The translations under genes were made by a program, and so were the position numbers. A stretch of 61,809 nucleotides of DNA, the filler included, from Diploschistes diacapsis (taxonomy: Eukaryota): the NCBI GenBank assembly GCA_023645945.1. It is 10 parts of 10 records of this genome, joined end to end, with 100 filler letters (N's around TTAATTAATTAA, not from the genome) between each part and the next. Parts side by side here need not be neighbours in the genome. Positions count along the whole stretch, not along the records: positions 34,345 to 38,195 come from JALAIB010001836.1; positions 38,296 to 42,146 come from JALAIB010001837.1; positions 42,247 to 46,096 come from JALAIB010001838.1; positions 46,197 to 50,041 come from JALAIB010001839.1; 6 more parts are not named here. One strand, 5' to 3'. Positions 37,452-50,141 of this stretch are shown in pieces. Each line of letters starts with the position of its first letter. The stretch's first letter is position 1. The notes beneath the pieces are model-generated. The model was given only the letters and a program-made list of their open reading frames with translations, did no database searches and was not told where the DNA came from.

Positions 37452-38195
37452 ATGCTGGGCAAAGTTAGCTTCGGCCTCGCAGCCATAGCCTGCCTTGCGA
37501 CAAAGACCTTCGCCGCGCCCACGATGAAGCGCCAATCAACCGTGCCGAGCTTCGTCATCGACTACGCGCCCCTAGTCGTACGTACACCCACTCTCACACA
37601 AGCAAAAGCGACAAGCTAACTAGCATGCGACAGTGGCTCGACGCAAGCGAAAGCTATTTCCCCGGCCCCATCTCCTCCCAGCTCCTCAACACCCAACCCG
37701 AAGTCAACTTCACCGCGGTCTCCGGCGCGCCCTCGCCCCTGACCCTCTCGAACCTCAACAGCCTCAACTCCCTCGGCGGCTCCAACGTCTCCCTCTCCTC
37801 GACCAACGACTTCACCAAGTACCCGGCCTGGCTCAACGGCACGAAGCCCGACAGCAGCGGCAAAGTGGCGGGCGATCCCAGCGCCGCCATTATCGTCAAC
37901 GACTACGGCAACGGCACGGTGTATGCGTTCTACATGTACTTTTATAACTTCAACGAGGGCAACATTGTGTTCGGCACGCCTGCGGGCAACCACGCCGGGG
38001 ACTGGGAGCACAACGCGATACTGTTCGAGAACGGCGTGCCGCAGAGCGTATGGTTCAGCCAGCACGCCAACGGCGAGGCTTTCACGTACTCGTGCGTCGA
38101 GAAGCAGGGGCAGCGCGTCGTCGGCTACAGCGCCCGGGGCACGCACGCGAATTACGCCATCGCCGGGGTAAGCCCTCCTCCACCCCCCCCAGTTC
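37452..38195 (+). CDS. Vps62/DUF946-family secreted protein (3' truncated by contig end)
   Basis: Signal peptide, YAPLV|WLDASESYFP (intron 37578-37633), AFYMYFYNFNEG, NHAGDWEH, WFSQH and YSARGTHANYA. Confidence 0.85.
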
Positions 38196-38422
38196 NNNNN
38201 NNNNNNNNNNNNNNNNNNNNNNNNNNNNNNNNNNNNNNNTTAATTAATTAANNNNNNNNNNNNNNNNNNNNNNNNNNNNNNNNNNNNNNNNNNNNATAAT
38301 AAATAACGTAATTGGATTTCGCAATTATAACGATAACACCTACCCGGAAACATTATTTTCAATACATAAACGCGACGGAATAATAAATTAACTCGGGTTC
38401 ATAACCTTTTAAACAACGCATA

Positions 38423-38598
38423 TATTGAAATCTAGATATCTAAAGATCTAATTAAAATGAATAATCTGTATATAAGTTTTTATACTAATAGGATCCACTA
38501 AGCCCTATAGACTTGTATTACTCCCGATTAGGATTAGTAGGAACCCCAGTAGGTTCAGCTGAACTTCCCAGCCATACATTCTACCTACCTGCTCAACA
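38423..38598 (-). mobile_element. Solo Copia-family LTR with a RIP-altered TSD (GCATA/GTATG from GCATG)
   Basis: Ends TATTGAAATCTAGA...CTGCTCAACA match the reverse complement of the 30759-30974 LTR ends. Confidence 0.75.
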
Positions 38599-39724
38599 GT
38601 ATGCCAAGGCTTCTCCACCTCCTTTTCTCGACTTCACGACGTTTTAGGTCTTCCGACGCCCTACTCATGATGAGCACCTGTCTGGAAAAGTTGCTCGGGC
38701 ATGGCTTTTGGAGGATGGGGATTATTCGTGTACAAACTTCGTAGTAAAGCCATTGGAAGGGCCGCTGCGTCTGTGCCTCTTCACACAATCCTACGTGCTT
38801 CTGGTATCCCCAGTATCACCGATCATTAGGATGTGCTACGCTAACATCCAGAGTACTCCAATATTTAGTCACAATGAATATGGAATAAGGAAGGTTCCAA
38901 CCAAGTGGCAGGATGTATTGATCGGAGAACCCCTTTTGCGGTAAAGTAGGTGCTTTCATATCATTATAAGAGAAAAGAAACGTCTTTTGAATACTTGTCC
39001 TCAAGAACTACAGAAGAAGATTCCTATATACCTTACAGTTTGACAATGCTTCGATCCTTGTGGTTGCCTCTTCGTGATTTCTGAAGCTTTAGAATACTCT
39101 TATCAAGATCTAGGGAGGCCCCCCCCCCTGCCTTGGAGAAGTCATAAGTATGTGGAAGAAGCTCCTGTGGTCGTGTTTCTTCCTCAATGCACCCGATCCT
39201 AACTCCCCCTGCGCCAAGAGCTGTTCCTGCCCTAGAAATGCGGGTACCCGGAATGTTTATATATCAGCATATTCATTTCCATCACAAGTTACGTTAGCCT
39301 AGTGGGATTAAGTCGGGGTCATGCACTGACAAAGATCATAACGGTGAGAGAGATAACTATCCTGTCCATTCCTTTCTCTTCGTGAGTCGATAAGGAACTT
39401 GCTGGGCATAATGCAAAACCTTCTCACTAGCTGTGACTTGTTTTTTTCTTTTAATTGGTTCTAATTTTGTTTTGGTGTGTGTGTTTGTGTTTTAGTCTTT
39501 TAGATTGTGACCTGAGTGGGAGTTGAACAGGCGTCTACTGCAGATGCTTATATAGGAGAGCCTTGTGGAACATCACGCATCTGGGAATTTTCAAGTAGAG
39601 AGTCAATATTGGCAGCAAGCTGCGGGGGCGGGCGCTTCTTCTCGTACACAAGGGAATCTGAAATGCTTCATATACACATTGACGACATCACAACTCGCTG
39701 CGGCCATGCTGTTATTCAACAATA

Positions 39725-40930
39725 TCATTGTGTATCAGGGGGTAAATCCAGTCTTCTTCTTTTGTATACGTTCTCTCTTCCATCGCCAGCTCCGTTGCCT
39801 CGGCTCCTTTTTCGAACAGCTGGGCCTGCTTCGCAAAGGGAGACTCCAACAAAATTAACTAACCATTTCCATACCCGGTTCGTCTTCGCTAGCACAGGCT
39901 CCTCATGTCCACCATATTGAGCTCTTTTCAGATGGCTTACGCCATAGCGTCCGCTTCTCACTCGCCGGTTACCTAGACCCTGACTGGCGCGAAACAGCAA
40001 CTCTATTCTCGTGCTTCCTTCGCGACTGTTCGCATATACCTTGCCACGGAATTCCGTAAGGGCGACATCGCGCAACAGGACAATATCTCGGAGCATAAGG
40101 GAGCAGGCCGTCTCCCGCAACTTACTAGACCAAGGACTGGACAACGTTCGCTGCTTCCCCTGGAGATCTTTACTACTCGACAACCGCTCTTCAATGGGAG
40201 GAAGCCAGAGGTTGACGCCAAACCCGGACCGTGTCTCATCCGCTACGATGAGTTCGAGCCTGTCTGCGGGTTGCGAGTAGCGACCCCATGTGTTCCTGCA
40301 CGGACGCAGCGGTGAAATGGACAGGATGGAAACGATCAAGCTCCTCATCATTTTTTGCGGGCGTATGGACACAATGTGAGCAGCCGAAGGGATTCTCTCT
40401 AACGGCGTGATGTGACCAACTGATGGGTCAATTATGGGCGGTAACATTGACGGTTGGGAAGAGGTCTGGCTTGTTGTTGTGAAGGACTCGGTCGTCGCTA
40501 CAGACGCCTCTTGAGAGCCTTCAGATATAGAAAACCGTGAGAGACTAGAGCCATGTTCGTGGAGGGCAAATGATTGCTCCAGGAACTGAGTGAACTTATC
40601 ATCTAGACCACCGTCTTGAGAGCTCAGGGATTGCAGATCTAGAAACCGAGGTGAGTCGTGATCAGCTGCACGGAATCTAGGTCCCATCGTCCCGACGATT
40701 GAAGCTTGTACGTCGAGCGTTGGACTAGTAGAGATGCGTCTCTTCTCTAGCGGAAGCACTCGCCAGGCTGCTAGATCATGAGTTTGGTCCGTGACCTTGA
40801 GGGAAGATAGTTTGCCATCCGGGCCATCAAAGACCTCTTGCAAGGGAGCACAAAGCTGTGCTTCCGTCCAGCTGAGCGATCTTGCAGATGGTGCTCCTGT
40901 AAGAATGATCACCCTTAAGTGCCGTGACAT
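39725..40930 (-). CDS. OB-fold nucleic-acid-binding protein, SHLD2/FAM35A-like
   Basis: 401-aa intronless ORF. OB-like strands SLIVSILSI, LELIVADETRSGFGVNLW and RDIVLLRDVALTEFRGKVY. N-terminal VIILTGAP and WRVLPL. Confidence 0.7.
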   Translation of the reverse strand: MSRHLRVIILTGAPSARSLSWTEAQLCAPLQEVFDGPDGKLSSLKVTDQTHDLAAWRVLPLEKRRISTSPTLDVQASIVGTMGPRFRAADHDSPRFLDLQSLSSQDGGLDDKFTQFLEQSFALHEHGSSLSRFSISEGSQEASVATTESFTTTSQTSSQPSMLPPIIDPSVGHITPLERIPSAAHIVSIRPQKMMRSLIVSILSISPLRPCRNTWGRYSQPADRLELIVADETRSGFGVNLWLPPIEERLSSSKDLQGKQRTLSSPWSSKLRETACSLMLRDIVLLRDVALTEFRGKVYANSREGSTRIELLFRASQGLGNRRVRSGRYGVSHLKRAQYGGHEEPVLAKTNRVWKWLVNFVGVSLCEAGPAVRKRSRGNGAGDGRENVYKRRRLDLPPDTQ

Positions 40931-41330
40931 TCAAGGATCATCCCTCTGCCAAATCCGAAGCAAACTCGAGTCCGATATCTGTCTCTTTCTACAGAGATAT
41001 TATAGTTCTGATAGCCACTGCTGTTCCTCTAGTCAGTAATTGCCCTAGTTCCTTGAAAATCCGTCTTGACCCGTGCTTCCCATGCCTATCTATGTATGGA
41101 GGCTATCGCGCACGACGTATCCACGAGGGGGGTCAGGGTAGCTCCGCTAAGACCGGGTAGCTGCCGGAAATCCGGTCTTATAAAGGCCCACCTCTGACTC
41201 ACGTGACAAGACAAACAATCCAAAGCTGACGAATTCCTACAGCGGAACCAACCGACCGGGTTTCCGTCCGAATCTGATAAGATAAAATCTCGCATTCCCC
41301 CTCGACAGAAAATCAAAAATCCAAACGGGG

Positions 41331-42146
41331 ATGGCAGCCACCTTCTCTAACCTCGTGCGTCGCGGCACCTCGTTCTTCAACGATAAAAAGGCAGAGCTAC
41401 AAAACAGGTCGTTTCATACATCTTTTAAGGGTTTCGCAAAGGCGCCAGAGGGGCAGCTCTTTACCAAGGTTGATCCAGCGGTGGACGGAGAAGACTGCGA
41501 CCATGACTGCGAGAGCTGCACGATTAAATATCCGGCCAAGTTTAGTATCGACGAGAACGAGGAGCTGTACGGACAAGTTAAGTGCTGGGCGACACATTTG
41601 CTTGTTGCGACGGGCAAGACAGACTGGGTGAGAGATGTGGAGGATGAGAAAGGGAGTGTGATGGAGGCTGTGGGCAAGGCAGAGGCGCCGAAAAATGGGG
41701 TGAGTGCTGCTTTCATGTGGCTTCCTTGCATATTTTTTGTCAATTGCTTCTATTTTGCTGTGTCTCAACGTTGTATGTCTGATACGGCTCACTGTTCACT
41801 CATTCGTTCTATCCGTCCATCATTAGCGGCGACGTTACACCTTGAACTTTTCTCTCTATTGCCTCTTTGGGCGAAACCGTCACCGCCTGTATTTACATGC
41901 CTCTGGTATTTGGATTCCTGCCAACCTCATATTTGACATATGCCCTCTTCCAACTACTCACTAACCCGAACTCTCCAGCGCCTGATGCTCTCAGCTTCCA
42001 ACATCCCCACTCCCTCACACACAACCGACTACTCTCAGCCAACAACCTGCCTTCTCCTCCCCGCCTTCACCTTCATTGAAAACGTCTCCCCCGCAAGCGT
42101 CCCGGACCTTATCGCCTCCATAGTCAACCACGCCCCCACAACCATG
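41331..42146 (+). CDS. apd1: Apd1-like sucrase/ferredoxin protein (3' truncated)
   Basis: DGEDCDHDCESC..YP..F.ID, LYG.VK.WATHLLVATGKTDWVRDV.DEKGSVMEA, intron 41700-41978, then RLMLSASNIP and LLLPAF. Confidence 0.85.
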
Positions 42147-42246
42147 NNNNNNNNNNNNNNNNNNNNNNNNNNNNNNNNNNNNNNNNNNNNTTAATTAATT
42201 AANNNNNNNNNNNNNNNNNNNNNNNNNNNNNNNNNNNNNNNNNNNN

Positions 42247-42664
42247 ATTGGTGGTGGTGGTGGTGGTAATGGTAGTGGTAACATTGCTGCGGGGACTGAT
42301 GGACGATCTCGAGGGCGTGTGCGCCGTGGCCGTGCATCCCGGGTCCGGTGGGTGCGCAAAAGGATAGGAAAGTTCACTGTCGATGGAGGGCGGGGAGAGC
42401 GCGGAGAGGGGCTTGGGGCTTGTGAGTGCGATCACTTTACCTTTTCTCGTTATTCTCCATTTTTATTAGGGATGGCCGTTCGGATGTGCTGGGAGGTTTT
42501 TGTAATCTTGAGGGTCTCCTGGGGAGCAGGAGCGCTCCTGCTCTGTTTCGATGGAAGGTTCTTGATGGCTGGACAAGTGCGGACAAGTGCTTGATAGATT
42601 GATGGTATGACGATGGAGAATGCGGGTGGGAAATTCTTTTCGTATGATGGGAGTGAGATTCCAT
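42247..42664 (-). CDS. Possible 5' part of a Ser/Pro/Thr-rich hypothetical gene with an apparent homopolymer frameshift
   Basis: MESHSHHTKR...MENNEK continues as GKVIALTSPKP...TTTTT if one A is removed from GAGAAAAGGT at about 42441-42444. It runs into the contig end. Confidence 0.35.
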
Positions 42665-42996
42665 GGTTGAACACACCACTGTAAGGAATGGAAAGTGACA
42701 AGAAGTGAGCTTAAAGGCATACTGACACTGGTGGCGGCAGGCCTTATAAGAATATTGATTAAATTATGATGTTAGTTCTTTGAGTTCCTATACAACGCTC
42801 CCGCAAACGCTTCGATGCTCATGCAGGAACCCTCCCGCACTTGATTGCCGTCCGCTTCGAGACCTCGTTATGAAATGGTTGACAGGCACCTAACGTTGCT
42901 GACCGCTTCCCGCAATATTCCATTCCCTAGGTGTCGTGTGAACTACTCAGTAAATCCTTCGCTATGCATAATTTCAGGTGAATATAGAAATCGTAA

Positions 42997-44139
42997 TCAA
43001 TATCCACCTCCATAGGCAGAATGCCGGCGGTCAACACCATAGGTAGAGGAACGCTTTTGTAGGCTTGGTGTGTATTCGGTCGAACTGTCGTGGTACATTG
43101 TCGTGCGGCGGTCATCGTCGCTCAAAAGATTATCTTTCACTTCCCATTGACCCTGCTTGACACCCACGCTAAATTCGAGGTCTTCGCGCGTGATCGAATC
43201 CCAGTACTACGACGGCCATAGATTAGCCTATCCATCATATAATCAGTCCGGTGCTAGAGGCTTACCTTGTAGACCATCATAACAGCCAGTAGATTGCATA
43301 TGGTGGCGAAAAAGAGAGCGTCGAGATAGTGTGCTGTGGCCTTGCAGATGGCCTCTCCAAATACGTAGAGTATAAGCTGGCCTGCGACGAAGAAGATGAT
43401 TCCGAAAGCGATGTCACCCAGGGGCCATCTGTCTTGCAGAGTATTGGTGACAAGTACAATTTGCATCACGACGTAGATGACGACGCAGATTGCGTTCAGT
43501 ACGTAGAGTACGACGAATAGTCCAATGGTGTTGGTTGGCCCGAGGCCAGCCTTGGCCGTGAAGGTGAATATTGATACCATGAACGAGATCAGGAACATGA
43601 AAAGCGAGCATCCCCTAATCGTCCATATTGATTGCGATGTACCGTCTTCGTAAAGTTGGAATCCAACGAAGCCATTTATGAGAAGGCATGTGGAAAGTGC
43701 CGACACGAGGCCATTCTGAGCCGCGACAAACCAGGGCATTGCGCCCATTCCCGTCGTGATCACGCCGGCATCGAGTATAAGTGAGAATAAGGTCAGCGCC
43801 ATATAGATATAGAAGAATAGGGTGATTTCTTTGCGGCCTGGTTGGAAGTTAGCGCAAGTGCTTGGCACAACCATTCGTAGGGGAAACTAGGGAAGCCTGA
43901 CCGACTGCTGTGAACTTGGAGCGGACATGCAAGATCATAACAGCCGTCATAATCAAGGCCAATATGTGTACAAAGTCCGCTGCGGCTTCGAAGATGATTG
44001 TGTTTGCTACCTCAACGCTTCGAGCGTAACACAAAGTATCGATACCGGTGGTTCCGGTTATTGGCGAGACAGGGCCAACAAGCGAACACAGAGGAAATGG
44101 CGTTAACTGGCATAGCCAGTCGAAGTCACCGAACGCCAT
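42997..44139 (-). CDS. chs7: Chitin synthase export chaperone Chs7, 3 exons
   Basis: [93 protein letters not shown]. Confidence 0.96.
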
Positions 44140-46778
44140 CACGACGCCGAAACTTCACAAGCAGCAGGTCGAATGCTGAGGAGATAGGAGGGATGCCGTG
44201 ACGAGGGCTTGGTTAACGAAGAGTGCAGTGAAGGATCCGACGCACAACGAGTGTCAGCCTTCTGATTGAATGAGAGGTCTCGAGAAGCAGTTTACAAGGG
44301 AGTATGAAAGAGAACGATCGGTGCTCGGGCGGATGTGTTGTTGATGTCTGCTCCCATCTACATTGGGTTTCCCGGAGATATCCCATGCCAAGGTACTAGC
44401 GCGGCATTGGACAGCTAAGCGAAGATGCTTTAGCCAGCCTGACATCACGTGGTACGTTTTAATCCCGCGGTTTCACTACGGATTTAAGACTTAAATCCGA
44501 AAAGCTTGGCAGTAGACTTTTTATTTGTAAATCTGTAGCTACACAATTTCAACACACCCGGGCCTCTTTCTAAGTTCCCTTTTCGAAACGATCTTCAAAT
44601 TCTTATTATTCCAGCTTTAGTGCCAATGCTAATGACAACGGTTCGAAGCGACTTGCCGTCCTGCCATCAAACCAGGGGCTCTTAAGGATTTTCAACGAAC
44701 TCCTTGCGTATTCAGAATAATAGTTGCTATAACTGGCCTCTAAGCCTTTGCTCCAGTACAGCCCTTTATCGGTAATTGTCCTGTTATAATTGCCAACAAG
44801 CTCGCTTACCTTATTTCGGCGTGGCTTTATGTAGGTTTCCGAATTTCGTTGCTTCTCAGAAGGGTTTGCAGATACCGGTTGCAGTGATAGGGGACAAGCC
44901 TCGATGTGGAGATCCTATGTCGACAGTCTTCCGTGGGAGTTTGAGCTTCCTATCACTTACATTTCTTTTTCTCTTGGCTCCTACTTCAATTCAGGCGGTC
45001 AACCGGAGGGATTACCACTACACCCTCGTATCAAGCTATCAGATCAAAGTGTGAAACATTCTACAACATCAAAGCGGCCATTACCGGCCATCAGCCCGGG
45101 AAGATTTGACTAGCCAGGCGGTAGTGACGATCAAAGCACGATATGCGCTACCGATCTATTTGTCTCTGATGGAAGGATGAGCCAAGAGCTCATTGTGTAT
45201 TACCGGGAAGAAAGTGATAACGTATCTGGGCACAATATCACGACTCGGACAAACACCTATTGATCCATTGGCACGCTAGCGATGCACTGTCTGTATATTG
45301 CTCGGCGCAGAAGCAAAGATCACCAAAGAGCCCAGGTATCCTTGTACGAATTTTGTGGGGGCCTTTCCAGCCTCAGTGTTCGCTTTCTAGACGTCACGAT
45401 TTGTGGGAATTTGTTTCGAAATGCAAGACGCCTTCGATATTGACAAGCGTGTAGCTAGTGCTGTGACATCCTCATCTCGTTTTCACAGAGCGTGGTGGTG
45501 ATAATAGCTCATGGTGAGGGTCTGTACGTGATTTTACCAGACCAGATCGTTAAGTCCTGTGCAGCCTTACAGGAATCTAACCCCATCCTCGGGTCATTTT
45601 CCTCGATGGTGTAAAAGCTTTAAGATCCCATGAATCAGTGCTGTAGGCAGGGCTTAGGTTATCCTATCAAGCGTTTAATCAACCAGTTCTTTAGAGAAGA
45701 TATCATACGAAGACCAGAATAAGAGCCTGGGTCTTCTCTATGGCGAGGAACATTCCCAGTGAGCATTCAAAGGCGGCTTGCATGTCTTCCCGATAGGCAT
45801 CCCAAGCTTTCAAACACGATGTATTGAGCCAGATTAAACTCGCGCTCTCAAAGCACACAGTCATAATAGGGATTCGACTCAAATCGGCAGAATATCCGAG
45901 TTAATTTGAGATTTCCTGGAGGAAGTGACTGGGTCTGTCGAGGATCTGATTAACCGGGGGCAGTTATTCTGACCGAAATAAACGCTATTACATAAGTAAT
46001 TATCGGAGTTGACACTTCCGATCTTTCTGAATTTTCTATGTCTTCCCACTACATCTCAATATACGTGCACGGTTTATTTCAAGCAAAGAATATCGANNNN
46101 NNNNNNNNNNNNNNNNNNNNNNNNNNNNNNNNNNNNNNNNTTAATTAATTAANNNNNNNNNNNNNNNNNNNNNNNNNNNNNNNNNNNNNNNNNNNNGACC
46201 TAAAGCATCGAGGGCATCAAGAAGTTTTCAGCGCTTGGCAGCTGCACATTGGTCATATCGAAGTCTTAGGAGCTTCATCTTAGAGTAATGTATTGCTTAA
46301 TCTAAGTGGACGTCCTGATAATGTGCTTCGAAGTGAAGTAGTATGCCCGTGCAATTGTATACCAACGAGGCGGTACGACTGGCTATTATTACAACAAGGC
46401 GCGGTAGAATTCTGCACCTTGGATGCTCGGGACACACCTAGCACAAGACACTCAAGGCCTGTATATATTGGACTGTATGAGACTTTTTTCCATTTCTATT
46501 GTTGTAGCCGTCGTGATCGACAGGTGCAAGATACTGTACGGGATAGTATGATAACTCTACCTTCCTTGGCAGTGAACGATGCCAAGATAACCGCCACCCC
46601 CTAAACTCTCTCCCCACAAACTGATAATCTTTATCCTATCGGTTCCTTCCGATGGCCTGAGCTTCAACTCCGCTATTGAAGAAGCCAGTATGCGTTATAT
46701 CCTTGAAAATCCTCAGATACGGCCGCATATGCCTTCTGCTTCTTCTCTAACCTATCACGACCTCTGGAGGATGCGATC

Positions 46779-49573
46779 ATGGAAGCCGCCATGACACGAC
46801 CATCCATGCCCCTCGCTATAACGGACGAGGAGCTGCAAGCCGAAGACCCGGAGAGGCTGGCATATAACGATCAAGTTGCGGCGCTGCGAGAAGCCGAGTA
46901 TCCCATGCTCAAAGGTAATGTAGTCTTTTCTCTCTCAACCCTTTCTCCGATGCGTTCACCACATTTCTCCCCCCCGCCCCTTAATCACACTCACAAAGTT
47001 CTTTTCTAGGTACAACTTACCTCGACCACGCCGGCACACCTCCACCCCCCTCCTCTCTCCTTGCCACCTTCTCCACCGAGCTCACTTCGACTCTTTTCGG
47101 AAACCCTCACTCATCCTCTTCTTCTCTTTCCGCTCAGACCTCTTCCCAGCGCATCGATCACGTCAGGTTACGCGTGTTGCGCCTCTTTAATGCGGATCCG
47201 ACACACTTTGACGTCATTTTCGTGGCGAACGCCACTGCTGGACTAAAGATCGTTGGGGAGTGTTTGGGTAATGTCGAAGCGGGCTTCTGGTTCGGATATC
47301 ACAGGGATGCTCACACCAGCCTGGTTGGTGTGAGAGAGTTGGCGAGGAGAGGTCGACGTTTCGGGAGCGACGAGGAGGTAGAAGGATGGCTGAGCGGGGA
47401 GCTAGAGAAGGGAATTGGGTTGTTCGCCTACCCTGCGCAGTCGAACATGCACGGTGGCCGCTTGCCTATGGATTGGTGCGGGCGCCTAAGGCGTGCTCGT
47501 CAACAGGGCCAAGGGGAGGTATATTCGCTTCTTGATGCGGCGGCGCTGGTCTCAACAAGTCCACTAGACTTGAGCAGTGTGGAGAACGTTCCAGACTTTA
47601 CGGTCCTGAGTTTCTACAAGATGTTTGGTTTTCCAGATCTGGGGGCATTGATTGTGCGGAAAGACAGTGGCCACCTTTTAAGGACGAGGAGGTATTTCGG
47701 AGGCGGAACTGTGGAGGCTGTTTCCTGTACAGGCGAGCAATGGTGTTTCAGGAAACAAGGCGCATTGCATGAGGCGTTGGAAGACGGAACCTTACCGGTC
47801 CACAGCATCATTGCACTGGATTGTGCGATCACGGTTCATGAGCGTTTGTTTGTTGGTTTTGAGCATATTGCGGCGCACACGGGGTTTCTTGCCAGGTTAC
47901 TGCATCAAAGGTTGAAGCAAGCGCGGCATAGCAACGGGCATTCAGTCTGTGAAATTTATGGTGGTTTAACAGTACAGCATTCCCAGCCCTGGGATAGGGG
48001 CCCGACTATAGCATTCAATTTCAAGGATGGACAGGGTTGCTGGGTGAGCAACAATGAGGTGCAGAAGTTGGCAGCTGTAAAGAACATTCATCTGAGGACG
48101 GGAAACTTGTGCAATCCAGGAGGCGTCAGCCATGCTCTGGGCCTGCAGCCTAAGGTGTTGAAGGATAACTTTGCGGCTGGCGTTCGCTGCGGAAGTGAGC
48201 AGGATATTGTTGGAGATCGGCCGACAGGCGTGATCCGAATCAGCCTGGGAGCAACGAGTACGCTGGAGGACGTCCAGAATTTCCTGCAATTTGTCGATGA
48301 GTTTTTCGTAGACAAGGGTCTCTTGCCAGAGCCTATACGCAAACTTCCGCTAAAACAACACAGAAGCACGATCGCTTCGCTAATCGTCTACCCCATTAAG
48401 AGCTGCGGCGGCTGGCAAATACCTCACGACAGACCATGGCCACTTCGAGCAGAGGGATTGGCCTGGGATAGAGAATGGTGTCTCGTCCACCAAGGCACAC
48501 GCGCTGCTTTGAGCCAAAAACGCTTTCCTCGAATGGCCCTCTTTAAGCCTTCTTTCAACATTCCCAGCTCTAGGCTTCGAATACGCTGGACCGGACCTCC
48601 AGATACAAGCGGTGTGCCTGGCGAGGTCCATGTTCCTCTGACCGAAGAACCAGCCATCTCCAACGGTCCGGAACCAATGTCGAAAGACTGCGAAACCAAC
48701 GTCTGCGGCGACAAAATTCAGCCCCTCATATATGCCTCGCACGACATCACCACCTTCTTCAGCACGCATCTCCGCGTCCCCGTCTTCCTCGCTCGCTTTC
48801 CCTCATCCCCAGATTCAATCTCCTCTTTGAAAACGCGCTGCGTCAAGTCAAAACCCACCACCCAATCTCATCTCGACCCCAAGCCCACCACACCGATGCC
48901 AACAGCGATGAACATCCCAGGCTCTTTCCCCACGCCACCCCCCTCGCCCCCTCCTACGCGTCCTCTGCTCCTCGCAAACGAGTCCCCGCTCCTCGTCATA
49001 TTCCTCTCCAGCCTGGACGCTCTGAACGCCGCTATCCGCGCCAACGGAGGCTCGGAGGTCTCGCCGGATGCGTTCAGAGCGAACATCGTGCTCGACGACC
49101 GCTCGTGCGTCCAGCCCCATCGTGTTTCTCCCCCGCCACCGCTGCTTCGTCCCAGCTCTCTCGGTTCCAACCCGATATTCGGCCCACCACTCTCAGCAGC
49201 GTCAGAACCGACGCCTCCACGGCCCCTGGTCTTCGCCGAAGACGCACTCTCGAACCTTTCCGTCTCCACCTCCGCTGCTACTTCCTCCACTTCTTCTTCT
49301 TCTTCTTCTGTCCCCTCTCCTCCGGCCAGCCCGCCCGCAACCGAGCTCGCCCTCCTGGGCCCCTGCAGGAGGTGCCAGATGGTCTGCGTCGACCAGGACA
49401 CGGGCGAGAGGGGGCGCGGCAGCGAGCCGTTCGCGACGCTGGCCAAGGTCAGGCGGTGGGGCGGGGGCTGCTGGTTCGGGATGCACGCCGCTTTGGACGA
49501 GCACGGTCGGGGGGCGAGGGGGGAGAGAGGGGAGAGGACCGTGAAGGTCGGGGATGGGGTTGTGGGCAGATAG
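46779..49573 (+). CDS. hxB: Molybdenum cofactor sulfurase (NifS-like PLP domain plus MOSC domain), 2 exons
   Basis: EYPMLK|GTTYLDHAG, LFGNPHS, DAHTSLVGVRE, YPAQSN, SFYKMFGFPDLGAL, LRTGNLCNPG, VYPIKSCGG, WDREW, LLANESP, FRANIV, GPCRRCQMVCVDQDTG. Intron 46915-47009. Confidence 0.96.
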
Positions 49574-50141
49574 GTCTGGGGTGATGGGTCGTGCGTGCGT
49601 GCGTGCGTTGGGCTAGGTGGATGGGTGGATGGATGGATGGATATATAGATGAAGAAGTGGTGGTGGTGATGGTTTCCGATAGGGTGTTGGTGGGGGCGAG
49701 TGTATGTTGTGGAAGGAAAGGAACCGCATTCGCAGGTTGGTAGCAGATGCAGATAATTTCATCCCGGGGAGGGGGAGGCCTGTGGGCCGTGGGCCGTGGT
49801 TCATAGAGGTTGCACGTGCACGTAGCATGCGTCGTGTCTCTACCCGGGCGGGGCGGGTTTCCCTCTGCCATGATACGGACGGATGATTGGAAATAGCTCT
49901 CCTTTTTTTTCTCTTTTCCAATTTTCGTTTCTAGCCGCTGTCATCCATTTATTTCCCCTTTTTCCTTTCTTACTTTTCTCCCAACCCACTTCTATCTATC
50001 TCCTGACCCCCCTCACTCACTCACTCACCTCCCCCCCATTCNNNNNNNNNNNNNNNNNNNNNNNNNNNNNNNNNNNNNNNNNNNNTTAATTAATTAANNN
50101 NNNNNNNNNNNNNNNNNNNNNNNNNNNNNNNNNNNNNNNNN

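Noticed and set aside
44928..46096. Secreted-protein gene starting MSTVFRGSLSFLSL
   Set aside because: The frame closes after about 42 codons and no coherent exons follow.
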